A stretch of 64,000 nucleotides of DNA from contig RSEE01000116.1 of assembly GCA_003971905.1 (NCBI GenBank), positions 62,001-126,000 of the forward strand, in the 5' to 3' direction. Shown here one piece after another: positions 51,714-62,786 of this stretch (position 1 is its first letter; every line of letters starts with the position of its first letter). Below the pieces are notes generated by a model. The model was not told the origin of the DNA, did no database searches, and saw nothing but the letters and a program-made list of their open reading frames with translations. The position numbers and the translations under genes were made by a program. This stretch comes from Moniliella sp. 'wahieum' (lineage: Eukaryota).

Positions 51714-53826
51714 CTGGCCGCCCGCCGCCCCGGACGTCTGGCCATCATCGGCGCCGGCAGCGCCGGCCTGAGCGCCATCAAGGAGGCGCTCGAAGTCGGA
51801 GGTGCGTCCAGCCGTCGTGCTCTCCCCTCGCCCCGCTAACCTCCCCGCTGCCTCCCCGCCAGGCTTCCAGATCACCGTGTACGAGCGCCGCGCCAAGACC
51901 GGCGGCCTGTGGGACCTGGACCGCCTCGAGCTGCTCCCCCCCAGCCCGGTGCGCCCGCGAGCGAGGAGCGTTTCCCCGCCACGCTCGTGTTTGACAAGTA
52001 CGGTGCGCCGCTCATCACCTGGTCCCGCGCCGCCGCTGCGCCGCCCGGGGCGAGACGATTGCGCCGGGCCAGGCCGAGGCTGAGGAGGCAGCTCGCCGTC
52101 CCCCCTCGGCCATCTACGAGGGCCTGCGTACCAACATCCCTTCTGACCTGATGAGTTTCCGCGACGATCCGTTCCCCGATGACGCAGCCCTCTTCCCCCA
52201 GCGCACCCAAGTCTTGGCCTACCCCAAGCCCTCGCCCGCAAGCTGGGCCTCGAGCCGCCGTCTGGAGAGCAAGCGACTGCTGCTGCTACCGCGGCCACGG
52301 CGGCAGCGGCCGATGCTGCGGTGCAGCACCTGAACCCCGAGCAGGTCGACGTGCGTTTCCTCACCCGCGTCAAGACCCTCTACCGGTCCGTCCAAGGCCG
52401 AGGACCAGACAATGTGGATGGGCTCAAGCCCGGGACCAAATGGAATCGTAAGTGAGACGGTGGCGCCGACCGAAGAAAAGACGGCAGCGCCGCCCCCTCT
52501 CCTCCGACCGAGCGGTGGACGAGTTTGATCAGGTGATTGTCGCGTCGGGGCGGTGCAATACGCCGGCGCTGCCCTTTATCCCAGGGCTGTGGAACTTTCG
52601 GGGAAAAGTGTTGCATTCGGCGTGGTACCGCCACCCCTATGCGTTTTGCCCACCTGAACGTGTTGTGGTGGGCAATGCTTCGTCGGGCTTTGACATTGCC
52701 GTGAAATGGTGGGCAAGGTAGCTCGCACTTTGCCCCTGCCTGAGCCATGGGAGAAAAACGCGTCGCCCTTCTCGGCCTCGCTCTTGGACACGGCCTCCCC
52801 CGAGGCAGCGACGGCCGCTTGGGTGGCCGGGTGTGGCAGCGAAGCGTACGGGGGAAGAGTGGTGCAGTCCGTGTTAGATTACGACCGCCCCCCCGGTCTT
52901 GACTTTGATCCGCGTGACCCGGCGTCGCCAGCGTGGGCACGGCGCATCCGCGTCGTGCCTCGCATCGACCACATTGATCCTCCACGAAGGCGGTGGACGC
53001 AGTACTGGCAATCTACTTTGCCGACGGCCGCTGTCTGGAGGATGTAGACGTGATTATCTTTGCCACGGGGTACTACTACGAGTTCCCCTTTTTGGACCAG
53101 ACCAGGCCCCCTTCGCCAAGCGCCCGTTGCTGCCGCCGCCGCCGCCCAAGACAGCGATGGTGGAGGACGGGATTGGCGATGGACATTTTGCCCATGAAGC
53201 CCACGGCGGATACAAGAACGCGGTTTCGCCCAAGGCCATCCAGCAGCTGGCTGGCTACATCCAAGAGCGCCAGAACGGCCGTCCTTTCCACCGGTTGTGG
53301 CCGACGGTAGCCGGACTGCAGAACATGGATGAATGGCAGCTGTTTTACCGGTACGACGAGTCGCTGGCGTTTCTGGGCATGCCACTGCGCATTGTGCCCT
53401 TCCCACTGACGCAGGTGCAGAGCCGGTACATCATCCAGTACTGGGCGGGCCTCTCTCCGCGCCTGACCAAGCTCAACCCCAACACGCCCCCGACCGATAT
53501 CAATCGATGGGCCTACCGCCCGGCGCCCATTCCTCGTCCGGGCGAGAGCTGGGCGCAGGCCGATGCCGCCGCACGCGCACGGATCCCCGATGCGCCGCCC
53601 AACAACTTGACCCAGCACGACATTGGCACCCCGAGCGACATTCGCTACAACCGACGGCTTGGTCCGCCACATCAATCCGTCTGCTGAACCCGTCCTGTCC
53701 GCCAGCAGCAATGGCATGGGCGATGGCGCAGTCCACCGCCCCGAGCGATGGGACCTCGTTCCGGTTTGGCGGCAGGAACGCCGCGCCCATGGCAAGTCCC
53801 TCCGTCGGCGCGAGCTGGGGTACTGA
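51714..53826 (+). CDS. Flavin-containing monooxygenase (class B FMO, Fmo1-like); start codon not visible
   Basis: FAD motif AIIGAGSAGL, VYERRAKTGGLW, IYEGLRTNIP, IVASG, FMO fingerprint FRGKVLHSAWYR, NADPH motif VVVGNASSGFDIA and IIFATGY. Frameshifted. Confidence 0.9.
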
Positions 53827-54082
53827 GGACGCTCGTCCCCACCGCCTTCCTCCACCGATTGGTGCGCTGGGACCGACCTGATATCGAGATTCTGCGACCG
53901 ACCTGCTCTGGATTGTGCTAGGATAATGTACCACACCTGCATCTACGCTGGTTCTTCTTTCCCTTAGCTAGAGAGACTTGGCCTGGCGGTGGCCTGCGCA
54001 GGAGGGGCACTAGGACAAAACGCGTGCTAGGCACAGGAGATGGATAATGGGGACAGGCAGGCAGGGAGAGGGAGGGTGGGGA

Positions 54083-54966
54083 CTAGGCATCGTCCGCCTG
54101 GAAGACCATACCATGGAACGCCGTCTCTGCCCGACCGAGATCGATGATACCCTCGTCGCGAAGACCTTGTTTTTTGTAGAAGCCCACCGCGGTCGGGACC
54201 GCATTGAGCAAGAGGGGATCCCCTTCTTTCCAGCCTGCACCACGCCAGCTGGCTTGTCCCCGTCCTGGGGCTGCGCCTCGAGCGCCTCGACCTTGGCCTG
54301 GGCAACAGTTTGGCGCCCACGCCCATTCCTTGGGCCGAGGGATCAACAACGAAAATGTTCACCACTGCGACAAAGCGGTCAGCAGTCAGCAGTCAGCAGT
54401 CAGCGTACCCAAAGGAAGGAGGTACAGAGAAGACTATGGCTCGGTACATGCGTCCGTTCCACGTCTTGCATCCCTGTATCATATCCTGAAACGCAGTACG
54501 ATTGAAGCCAGGCGGGTCGGGCCCAACGGGCGGCAAAAGCGCATCGCCTCGTCCAACTTTTTCTTGGCCTCCTCGTTTTGCGGACTGGGAGCAAGACTGT
54601 AGACCATCGCACCGACCAGACGGGTGGAGGCGTGCTGGAGCGCAGTGGCCTTCCACAAATACGTGCGGTACGGGCCGCGGAGCGCGAGCTGCGTGGGATC
54701 GGTCATGGCGAGGTAGGCGCGCTGCAGCACACGTTGTCGCCATGCGTACAGCTCGGCCTTGGGCGGCGGGCCGGCCGGGAAGTGGGCGGGGACCGAGGCG
54801 CCGAGGGCTGCAAGCGGGGAGCGGCGGGAAGGGATCGGGTCAGCGCAGTTCGCAGGGCACAGGCAGGGAATCGGACGCGTGCGCACCATCCTCAAAGATC
54901 TCGGCGAGACCAGGCAGGTCCGCCGCACGCGGGGCCGCAGACGACCTGAGATGGGGAGGAAGCCAT
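54083..54966 (-). CDS. GNAT-family N-acetyltransferase
   Basis: ADLPGLAEIF, RLVGAMVY, motif A IFVVDPSAQGMGVGAKLL and motif B LLNAVPTAVGFYKKQG. Probable intron at about 54365-54425. Frameshifts. Confidence 0.8.
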
Positions 54967-56294
54967 GGCACGTGCACGCGCAGCAGCAGGGCGAAGGCGA
55001 AGGAGATGGTGGTCGGGACAGACAAGCCCAGGACAGTGACGTGGGCAGAAATACTTGGTTTCCAGTAGCGCATGTCGAGTCACTCACTATAGTCGGGCCT
55101 CGGGCCTCAGGCGCAGGCCCGGTGGGCTCGGCGGCGATGCGCGGCACAAACCAATCTCCCAAGCGTCACTTCCCGGCGCGCTGGTCTGGCCTGAGCGCCC
55201 TGAGCGCTCAGCTGAGCCTGAGCCTGGCCGCTCGGAATCACACGAGTCATCCAACGCGTCCGCCAGATCCCAGACCAGGATCAGACGCAGCACCCACGCC
55301 CTCGCAGCTCCGAAATCTGCCATCGGACATACACTTCGTATCTCCGGCTCGAGCGTGGCCGCCGGGATGTACATCATGATGCTTCAAGCGTCATGACTTG
55401 AGCGCAGGCAGCAACACCTCAGCCGCTCCCCTCACCCCTCTCTCATCGCCTCATCCCATCCCATCGCTGGCACGACCCATCACTGCCTTCTCTCAGATCT
55501 CCGCGCCCACTGGGCACCAGGACCGCCGGCAAAGGTACAAACCAACCCGCATCCGCCCCCCAAGCTACTCTGGGTCTTCTAGAGGTGTTGGTGCCGCTGT
55601 GATGGGGCCGATGGCAGATGCACATGGCCATGGCTATGGAAATCACTACAGCAGAGGCAACCAGAAACCACAGTGGAGGGGAGCGGTAAACGTGTGGTAA
55701 ACCCCAACGCCCTGCTACACCAACATCGCAGCAGCTGGCCCATGCTCTGGGTGTTGGTGATCCATTACTAGTTACTGCTTGTCCGTACAAACACATTCGC
55801 ACGACCTATGGCGGAGACCCACTGGGATTCATGCATGATTCCAGCCACCGCGAGCCTACCTGGGCAGACCATCGCTCTCCACGACGAAGAACGACACGTT
55901 CGACAACAGAGGCTGAGGCGGAACATGGTGCACGATCGATCGCGCATGGTGGCCACTAGGAATGTCTGCCACCTACTCACCGCGCCTCCCCAGTGCTGTC
56001 ACCACGGCCGGCAGCAGTGGCTCGACGCTTCGTCTCCGGTTGCTGAGGTGGAGCAGGCTCGAGGTCGGGGGGCACACGGCGAACTACAATGGAGTAGCGG
56101 TCGGCCGGGACAGAGGAAGGGCGAGTAGGTTGGCCTGCCGTTCGTACCAAAACAACGATGGCCATGGTGTCAGGCAGGACGAAGACGGTGCGTGGCACTG
56201 CTGTGGCGCCCAGTGCGTAGGCGCTGGCACTTGGTCTTGCTTTGCTTTGCTCTGTCCGTACGGGACCCGACCATGGTGCAGACTATTGGTTGAG

Positions 56295-56983
56295 TCAGTC
56301 GTCGCGCTGGACCGGTTCGCCCTTGGTATAGATGATTGTATCCTGGGCCACAAAGCAGTAGTCGCCCGGGTGGGTGTCGATGAGCTTGAATGTGACGTGG
56401 CACAGGCCGCGGCGGACAGTGAACGTGTCACCCCGGTGGACAGGGCGGAAGCCTTCTTGGAAAAAGTAAGGCTGGAGAAACGTGTCGAGGAGGTCGTCGA
56501 GCTCATCATCTCCCATGCCCTCAACCGAGTCGGCCAAGGGCAGGACGTGGATGTACTCGCCGTACGGAACGTCGTTGCAGGCCGAGAGAAAAACCGGGCT
56601 GCCGAACTGGACGCGCAGGTTGCCACATGCGCCCGTGGTTAGGCCAATCTGGCTGTCCTCCATGCCGGGGTCAGACAAGACAAGCAACACCGTTGTCCGT
56701 TTCTCCTCGCCCTGGAGCAAGATGGTGTCCCCACGGGCCAACCCCAGCTCCCGCATCGTCGTTTCGGACAGGCAGGCGACCGAGTCGTCGTCGATCGTCG
56801 ACGCTTCGACAAAGAGTAGGTTGGCGGCTGGAATGCCAGCGGTGGGGGGTCAGATGCCCCGCACGGAATAGGAGGCGAGCGAGCCCGAGACAAGAGGCAC
56901 GTACCGCGCTGCTGGCGCACGGGCGCCGTCGCCGTCGGCTCGGCCGTGGCGGACTTTTCTGCGGGACTGGCGTCGCCGGTCAT
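56295..56983 (-). CDS. Stand-alone Cdc48/p97 N-domain protein (CDC48_N + CDC48_2 only), about 203 aa, 2 exons
   Basis: Exon 1 56983-56905, intron 56828-56904 (GTACGT...CTGAC...CAG), exon 2 56827-56295 in frame: NLLFVEASTIDDDSVACLSETTMRELGLARGDTILLQGEEKRTTVLLVL...NLRVQFG...IHVLPLADSVEG...LQPYF..GFRPVHRGDTFTVR...TFKLIDTHPGDYCFVAQDTIIYTKGEPVQRDD*. Confidence 0.9.
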
Positions 56984-57535
56984 CGTCACAGAGGGTGGGC
57001 AGGTGGGGGGCTGTAGCTGGGAGAGTGGGTGGCCGATGGGCGATGGAGCCCACCTAAGGCCTAGCCGCTGGCCAGGCGGGGGGGGTGAGCAGTGTGTGCA
57101 CCGGTGACCGGTTGTGCAGCTGCGCTGCCATCAACGTTGAAGTTGAGCTTGAACCCGAAGCGACCATCGAGCGTTCTGCTCCCACCGAACCGCCTTTGGG
57201 CAGGGCGAGGGGCGAATGGAGTGGGCCCCATGCCATCTACGCCAAGAAGTATACGGCTGTTGACTACCTCGATTCTGTCGCCGTCTTGACCGCCGTCTGG
57301 GGAGCGGGAAGAGGGCGGAAATGGGTGGTGCGGCCACTCTCTCCGCGTCGCCTGGTGCCAATGCGCGCTTCCTGGCCTGCTACAGGAGCTGCGCGGCAGC
57401 TACGCGCCATGTCCATGTGCCCTTCTTCCCGCCCGATGGGACGCAGGCCGTCTGGAGGAGGAGGAGGCGGCGGCGGCGCCCGAGGTTGCCGTCGTCTGTC
57501 CCGACATCTCCGCTGGCCCCAGCGCAATTCACCGC

Positions 57536-57543
57536 TCACGTGA
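57536..57543. promoter_or_regulatory. Palindromic E-box TCACGTGA in the divergent Cdc48-N/HAT1 promoter
   Basis: Perfect TCACGTGA about 100 nt upstream of the HAT1 ATG. Function is inferred. Confidence 0.4.
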
Positions 57544-57645
57544 CATGTGATACGCTGTGATGACATAAGCAGCGCGACGCGTGCGCATGCGATGCTCGCG
57601 GCGCGCCTCTCCTTCTTCGGGCCACCATCCGACCCATCTCCTGCA

Positions 57646-59124
57646 ATGGCCGACGACGACCGCGTCGACGAACGAGGCCACGACGCTTGCGCTCGTCGGC
57701 ACCCCCCACACCTTCGCCCCGATTCACCTACCCCATCTTTGGCGACGCCGAGGCCGTGTGGGGCTACCGCCACCCGCGCATCCGCCTCGCCCTCGGCTCC
57801 GCCAACCTGCGCACCCTCCTCCACGTCGACTGGCCGCACGCAACGACCAGGCAGGCAAGACGGTGGACGATGTGTCAGGGACGCTGCTGCCATTTCTTGC
57901 GCCTGACGCGCGCCTCGCCTCGTCCGACGAGGACTACCAACAGCTCTGTGCCGAACTCGAGTCCGAGCAGGCCGCCTTCCGCCCGCCGGGCGAGGTCATT
58001 GCCCAATTCACCACCGCGTAAAAAGGCAAGGCGCGCGCTGGGCTTTCCTCCCGTGGTGCGGGCGGGTCGGGCGCCGGGGCTGGGGCTGGAGCCTCGTCCG
58101 CCACCACCCCACCCCAAGACGGACGGAAGTTCGAGATTGTGCGCTGTACCTGGCAGACGCCTGGGTTTGCGCCGCTGTTTCTTCGTTGCGGGTACTGACG
58201 CTGCTCTTCATCGAGGGCGCGTCGTACTTTAGCCTGGACGAGCCTGGGTGGGAATTCTGCTGTTGTACGAGCGGGTGGGCGAGGCAGACTACGTGTTTTG
58301 CCGGGTTTACCTCGCTGTATCACTTTTGGGTGTTCCCGGCCACGTCGCGCGTGCGTCTGTCACAGTTCCTCATCCTTCCCCCGTTCCAGCACCAAGGCCT
58401 GGGCAGTCACCTGTACGCAGCGGTGCACAACCTTGTCCTCCGTGCTGGGCCAGAGACCTTTCCCGCCCGCGCCGGGGGTGGAGGTGAGTGTGGCCGAGTT
58501 GACGGTCGAAGATCCGTCCGAAGCATTTGATGCGCTCCGGGACCAAAACGATTTGCTCCGTCTGCTCCGGCCGGCCGAGGCAGCAGCGCTAGCGCCGATG
58601 GATGGCGTGCCCGTAGTGACCGAGGTGCGCGACGCGCTCGAGGCGGGCAAACTGGTGCCGCCGCTGGACGATGGCTGGGCGCGCCCAGCGCGCCACGCTC
58701 CGCCTCGCCGAGCGCCAGTGGGAACGGCTACTGGAAATGGTGTCGCTCATGGCGGTCGTGCGCGCCGGACGGAGGGAAGGGTGGCGCACGTACCGGCGCA
58801 TGGTCAAGCAGCGTCTCTACCGCAAGAACGCCGACCTGCTCGCGCAGCTGGACGCGACGACACGGCGGGTGAAGCTGCAGGAGACGTATGAGAATGTGGT
58901 GCGCGAGTATGGGGAGCGGGTGGGGGTGGCGGGGCGGAGGCGGAGCTGCGGGAGGGGCTGCCGGCGGACCTTGTGCCGGTGGAGGGGGGGAGGAGGAGGA
59001 GGAGGAGAGGAGGAGGAGGAGAGGAAGACGAAGACGAAACCCCGGCGTGGGTGACAAGCGGACGCTGGCGTGGCTGCAGCAGCAGCTGGGCGCCAACAAG
59101 CGCACTCGCCTCGACGAGCAATAA
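57646..59124 (+). CDS. HAT1: Histone acetyltransferase type B catalytic subunit
   Basis: FTYPIFGDAEAVWGY, FRPPGE, LLFIEGASY, RVRLSQFLILPPFQHQGLGSHLY, ELTVEDPSEAFDALRD and VKQRLYRKN. Frameshifts; the C-terminal end is uncertain. Confidence 0.92.
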
Positions 59125-59143
59125 ATAATGTGTGTGTGGCATG

Positions 59144-59151
59144 TCACGTGA
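59144..59151. promoter_or_regulatory. Palindromic E-box TCACGTGA upstream of ISWI
   Basis: Perfect TCACGTGA about 90 nt upstream of the ISWI ATG. Confidence 0.4.
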
Positions 59152-59239
59152 TGCAGCCCGTAGCTCTTACCCCTCATCCCTGCGTCATCTCAGATCTCGC
59201 CGACGCGTCCACCATCCGGCGTCGTCCCTAGTACCCCCC

Positions 59240-62200
59240 ATGCCGTCCCCGTCGCCGCCGCCGCCCGAGCACGCGCCCCCGCGCTCCGACGCCACCACCG
59301 ACACCGACGCCGACGTCGATGCCGACGACGACGTCGACGGTGCCCCCCCGACGCACCGCCCAAGCCGCCGACGGCCGAGGCCAGCGGCAAGCCGCCGAGT
59401 CGATGCGGCGGTTCAGCTACCTGCTCGGCCAGACCGACCTGTTCCAGCACTTTCTCCGCCTCAAGCAGCAGCGCGACCCTGCCTTTGCTGCCGCCGTCGC
59501 GCGTGCCTCTCCGCACCTCGCCGCGCCATCTGCCGCGGGCAGCGGAGACCACACGCGCCGCGCGCTTCCTGCCTCCTCGTCTTCCGCCCCCGCCGACGCA
59601 AGACCGAGAAGGAGGAGACGCGGAGCTGCTGCAGACCGAGGACGATGTGCATGTGTTTTCCGAGTCGCCGGCATACGTGCATGGCACTCTACGACCGTAC
59701 CATCGACGGGCTGAACTGGCTCGTCTCGCTCTACCACAACCACCTCAATGGCATTCTGGCCGACGAGATGGGTCTGGGCAAGACGTTACAGACGATTTCC
59801 TTCCTTGGCTACCTGAAGCACGTCGCCGGTCTGCCGCGCTACTACCTCGTGATCGTGCCCAAGTCCACGCTGGACAATTGGCGACGCGAATTCACCGCTG
59901 GGTACCCACGTTTGACACGCTCGTCTTGACTGGCACCAAGGAAGAACGCGCCGAGACGATTGCAACGCGCTTGGTGCCCGGTACATTTGATGTGCTGATC
60001 ACGACGTACGAAGTATGTCTGCGGGAAAAAGCTGCGTTGCACAAGATCACATGGGAGTACATTGTGATTGATGAGTGAGAGCGCACCCGGATCAAAAATG
60101 CCAGCTCGCAATTGGCCCAGATTGTCCGCTCTTTCCCCTCGCGCGGCCGGTTGCTGATTACGGGGACGCCGTTGCAAAAACTTGTTGGAACTCTGGGCGT
60201 TGCTCAACTTTCTCCTCCCGGACATTTTTGCCTCCGAAGCCGACTTTCACGAATGGTTTGCCGGTTCTGTTCCGGCTCGGGTTCCGGTTCCGGCTCGGAT
60301 GCTGGATCCGCCGCCCAAGAAGGGCTGTGCAGCAGTTGCACCAGGTGCTGCGGCCGTTTTTGCTGCGCCGGTCAAGGCGGATGTGGAGAAGAGTTTTGTT
60401 ACCGAAAAAGGAGGTGAATCTGTACGTGGGCATGACGGAGATGCAGCGGAAATGGTACAAGGCCTTGTTGGAAAAGGACATTGATGCTGTCAATGGTTTC
60501 GGTCGGCAGCAAGGAAGGCAAACGCGACTGCTGAACATTGGTGATGCAGCTGCGCAAGTGCTGCAACCATCCGTACCTGTTTGATGGCCGAGCCCGGACC
60601 GCCCTATACAACAGACGAACACCTGGTCCAGAACGCGGGCAAGATGCTGGTGCTGGACAAACTATTGCGCTACCTCAAGGCCAAGCAGTCTCGTGTCCTC
60701 ATCTTTCCCAAATGAGCCGCTGCTGGACATTCTAGAGGATTACTGTTACCTCCGCGTATGGTACGTCCCGCTCCTGTTTTTTATTTTGGCTGTTTGTTTT
60801 CTTTCTCTGTTCTTACCTTGCTCACCTGCCCCCTGTCCCCACCCAGAGTACTGCCGAATCGACGGCAGCACGCGCACGAGGACCGCGTGGCGGCGATTGA
60901 CGAGTACAATGGCCGGGCAGCAGCAAATTTGTGTTTTTGCTCACGACGCGCGCGGGCGGGTTGGGCATCAACCTGACGCGGCAGATGTGGTGTGCTGTTT
61001 TGATAGCGACTGGAACCCGCAGGCGGATTTGCAAGCGATGGACCGTGCCACCGGATCGGGCAGACGAAACAAGTGTACGTGTATCGGTGGTAACGGAGCA
61101 CGCGGTGGAGGAACGTGTGCTGGAACGGGCGCAGCAAAAGCTTGTTGGACCAGCTTGTGATCCAGCAGGGACGGACCGTACCCAAGGGACAGAGTAAAGC
61201 CGAGTTGGTGGATATGCTGCAGCATGGTGCCGAGCAGATCATCCGGAACGATGCGCCGCTCTTGGCTGACGAGCAATTGAGCGCATCATGCCGAGGGGAA
61301 GAGCGCACACAGGCGCTGCAAGCCAAGTATGCGCATTTGGGACTCGACGCACTCACGGCACACAGCGAGGGCGGGACGTACGAATGGGAAGGCAAGGATT
61401 TCCGTCCGGACGCGACTGGACCCAAGCGACTGTGGATCGAACCGGGCAAACGAGAACGTCATATCAACTACAACATTGATGGGTACTATCGTCAGATTTC
61501 CGGTGTGCCCGCGCGCCAAGCCCATCGGCCCCCGCGACCACATGGCCTGCTCGCGCTCAACGAGTGGCAGTTCTTCCCGCCCCGCCTCGCCGAGCTGCAG
61601 GAGAAGGAAGTGCTGGCGTTACCAAAAGCGTGGGGTACGTGCCGCCGGTGCGGGTCAATGGAGGGGGAAAGCGAGGCGGAGGCCGAGGCGGCGCAGCAGG
61701 CCGAGCAGGCGCAGATTGAGCAGGCAGAGGCGTTGACGGAGGAGGAGCAAGCAGAGAAGGCGCAGCTGGCCCAGCAGGGGTTCCCCACGTGGTCCAAGCG
61801 CGACCTGAGCTACTTTGTGCGCGGGTGCGAGAAGTACGGCCGCGGGGCGTACCGCGAGATGGCGGCCGACTGGCTCGACGGCGAGGGCGGCAAGACCGAG
61901 GCGGAGATCCGTGCGTATGCGCGTGTGTTTTTTGCGCGGGGCGCGGCGGAGCTGGAAGGATGGGACAAGTATGTGGCGCGGATCGAGGAGGCGGCCGGGC
62001 GGCGCAAGAAGGCGCAGGCGCAGGAGAAGGCGGCGGGCGTGGGTGGCGCAGTACGGCGGGCAGATGGGCGCGATGGAGCTGCCGTATGCGAGCGGCACGT
62101 CGGCGTACAGCGAGACGGAGGACAAGTTTCTGCTTGTGCGGCTCGCGCACACGGGCTGGGCGAGGGCGTGTACGACACGATCCGCCACGAGATCCTCGCC

Positions 62201-62419
62201 TCGCCGCTCTTCCGCTTCGACTGGTTCTTCAAGACGCGCGTGCCGGCCGAGCTGGCGCGGCGGGGCGCGTTCCTGCTGGGCATGCTCGACGGCAAGCGGC
62301 GGCGCGACGACAGCCGTGGGGGGACGCCGACGGGGGGGGGAAGCGGCGCGCCGGCGGTGAGGAAGGGGGGGAAATGTAAGGGATGGCATTGTAACCGGTG
62401 GATGGAGGGTAGATGGTAG
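59240..62419 (+). CDS. ISWI-family chromatin-remodelling ATPase (Isw1/Isw2-like)
   Basis: [96 protein letters not shown] and HAND-SANT-SLIDE ([17 protein letters not shown]). Intron 60761-60846. Many frameshifts. Confidence 0.95.
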
Positions 62420-62726
62420 ACAGAAGTACAATGTGCGATCGGAGATCAGAGATCGGAGAGCAGCGCCGCTTGCGCCGAAGCAGCACGGCGCGTGTGTTTT
62501 GCGTGTGTTTTGGAGCGGCGCGAACTTTCAGCCATCGTGTTTCGGCTGGGGGCTGTGCCGCCGTGGCGCTCCGAGTGCGCCGTCGGAGCTCGCCGTCCAG
62601 CAGGCACCCAGCACTTGTACTGCCCACAGGACGCAGCTCAAGCCATCTTTGTCCTGGCGTGCGCACTGACACTAGTCGCTGCCCTCCTCTCCCCCCAGTG
62701 CACCAGCAAACCAAGCCGCAGACCTG

Positions 62727-62734
62727 TATATAAA
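62727..62734 (+). promoter_or_regulatory. TATA box (TATATAAA)
   Basis: tatataaa about 55 nt upstream of the ATG at 62787, in otherwise GC-rich DNA. Confidence 0.55.
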
Positions 62735-62786
62735 CCCCGCCAGCCGCAGCACCCGCCCGCCGTCTTCTCGTTTCCCCCCCAACCCC

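Noticed and set aside
51714..54966. FMO plus GNAT as a secondary-metabolite or siderophore cluster
   Set aside because: The FMO looks Fmo1-type rather than SidA-type, there is no NRPS/PKS backbone gene, and the neighbours are housekeeping genes.
55087..56290. Possible continuation of Cdc48 (AAA D1/D2 exons)
   Set aside because: No Walker A/B or GYDDIGG-like peptides in the listed ORFs or in my reading, and too little space before the GNAT gene.
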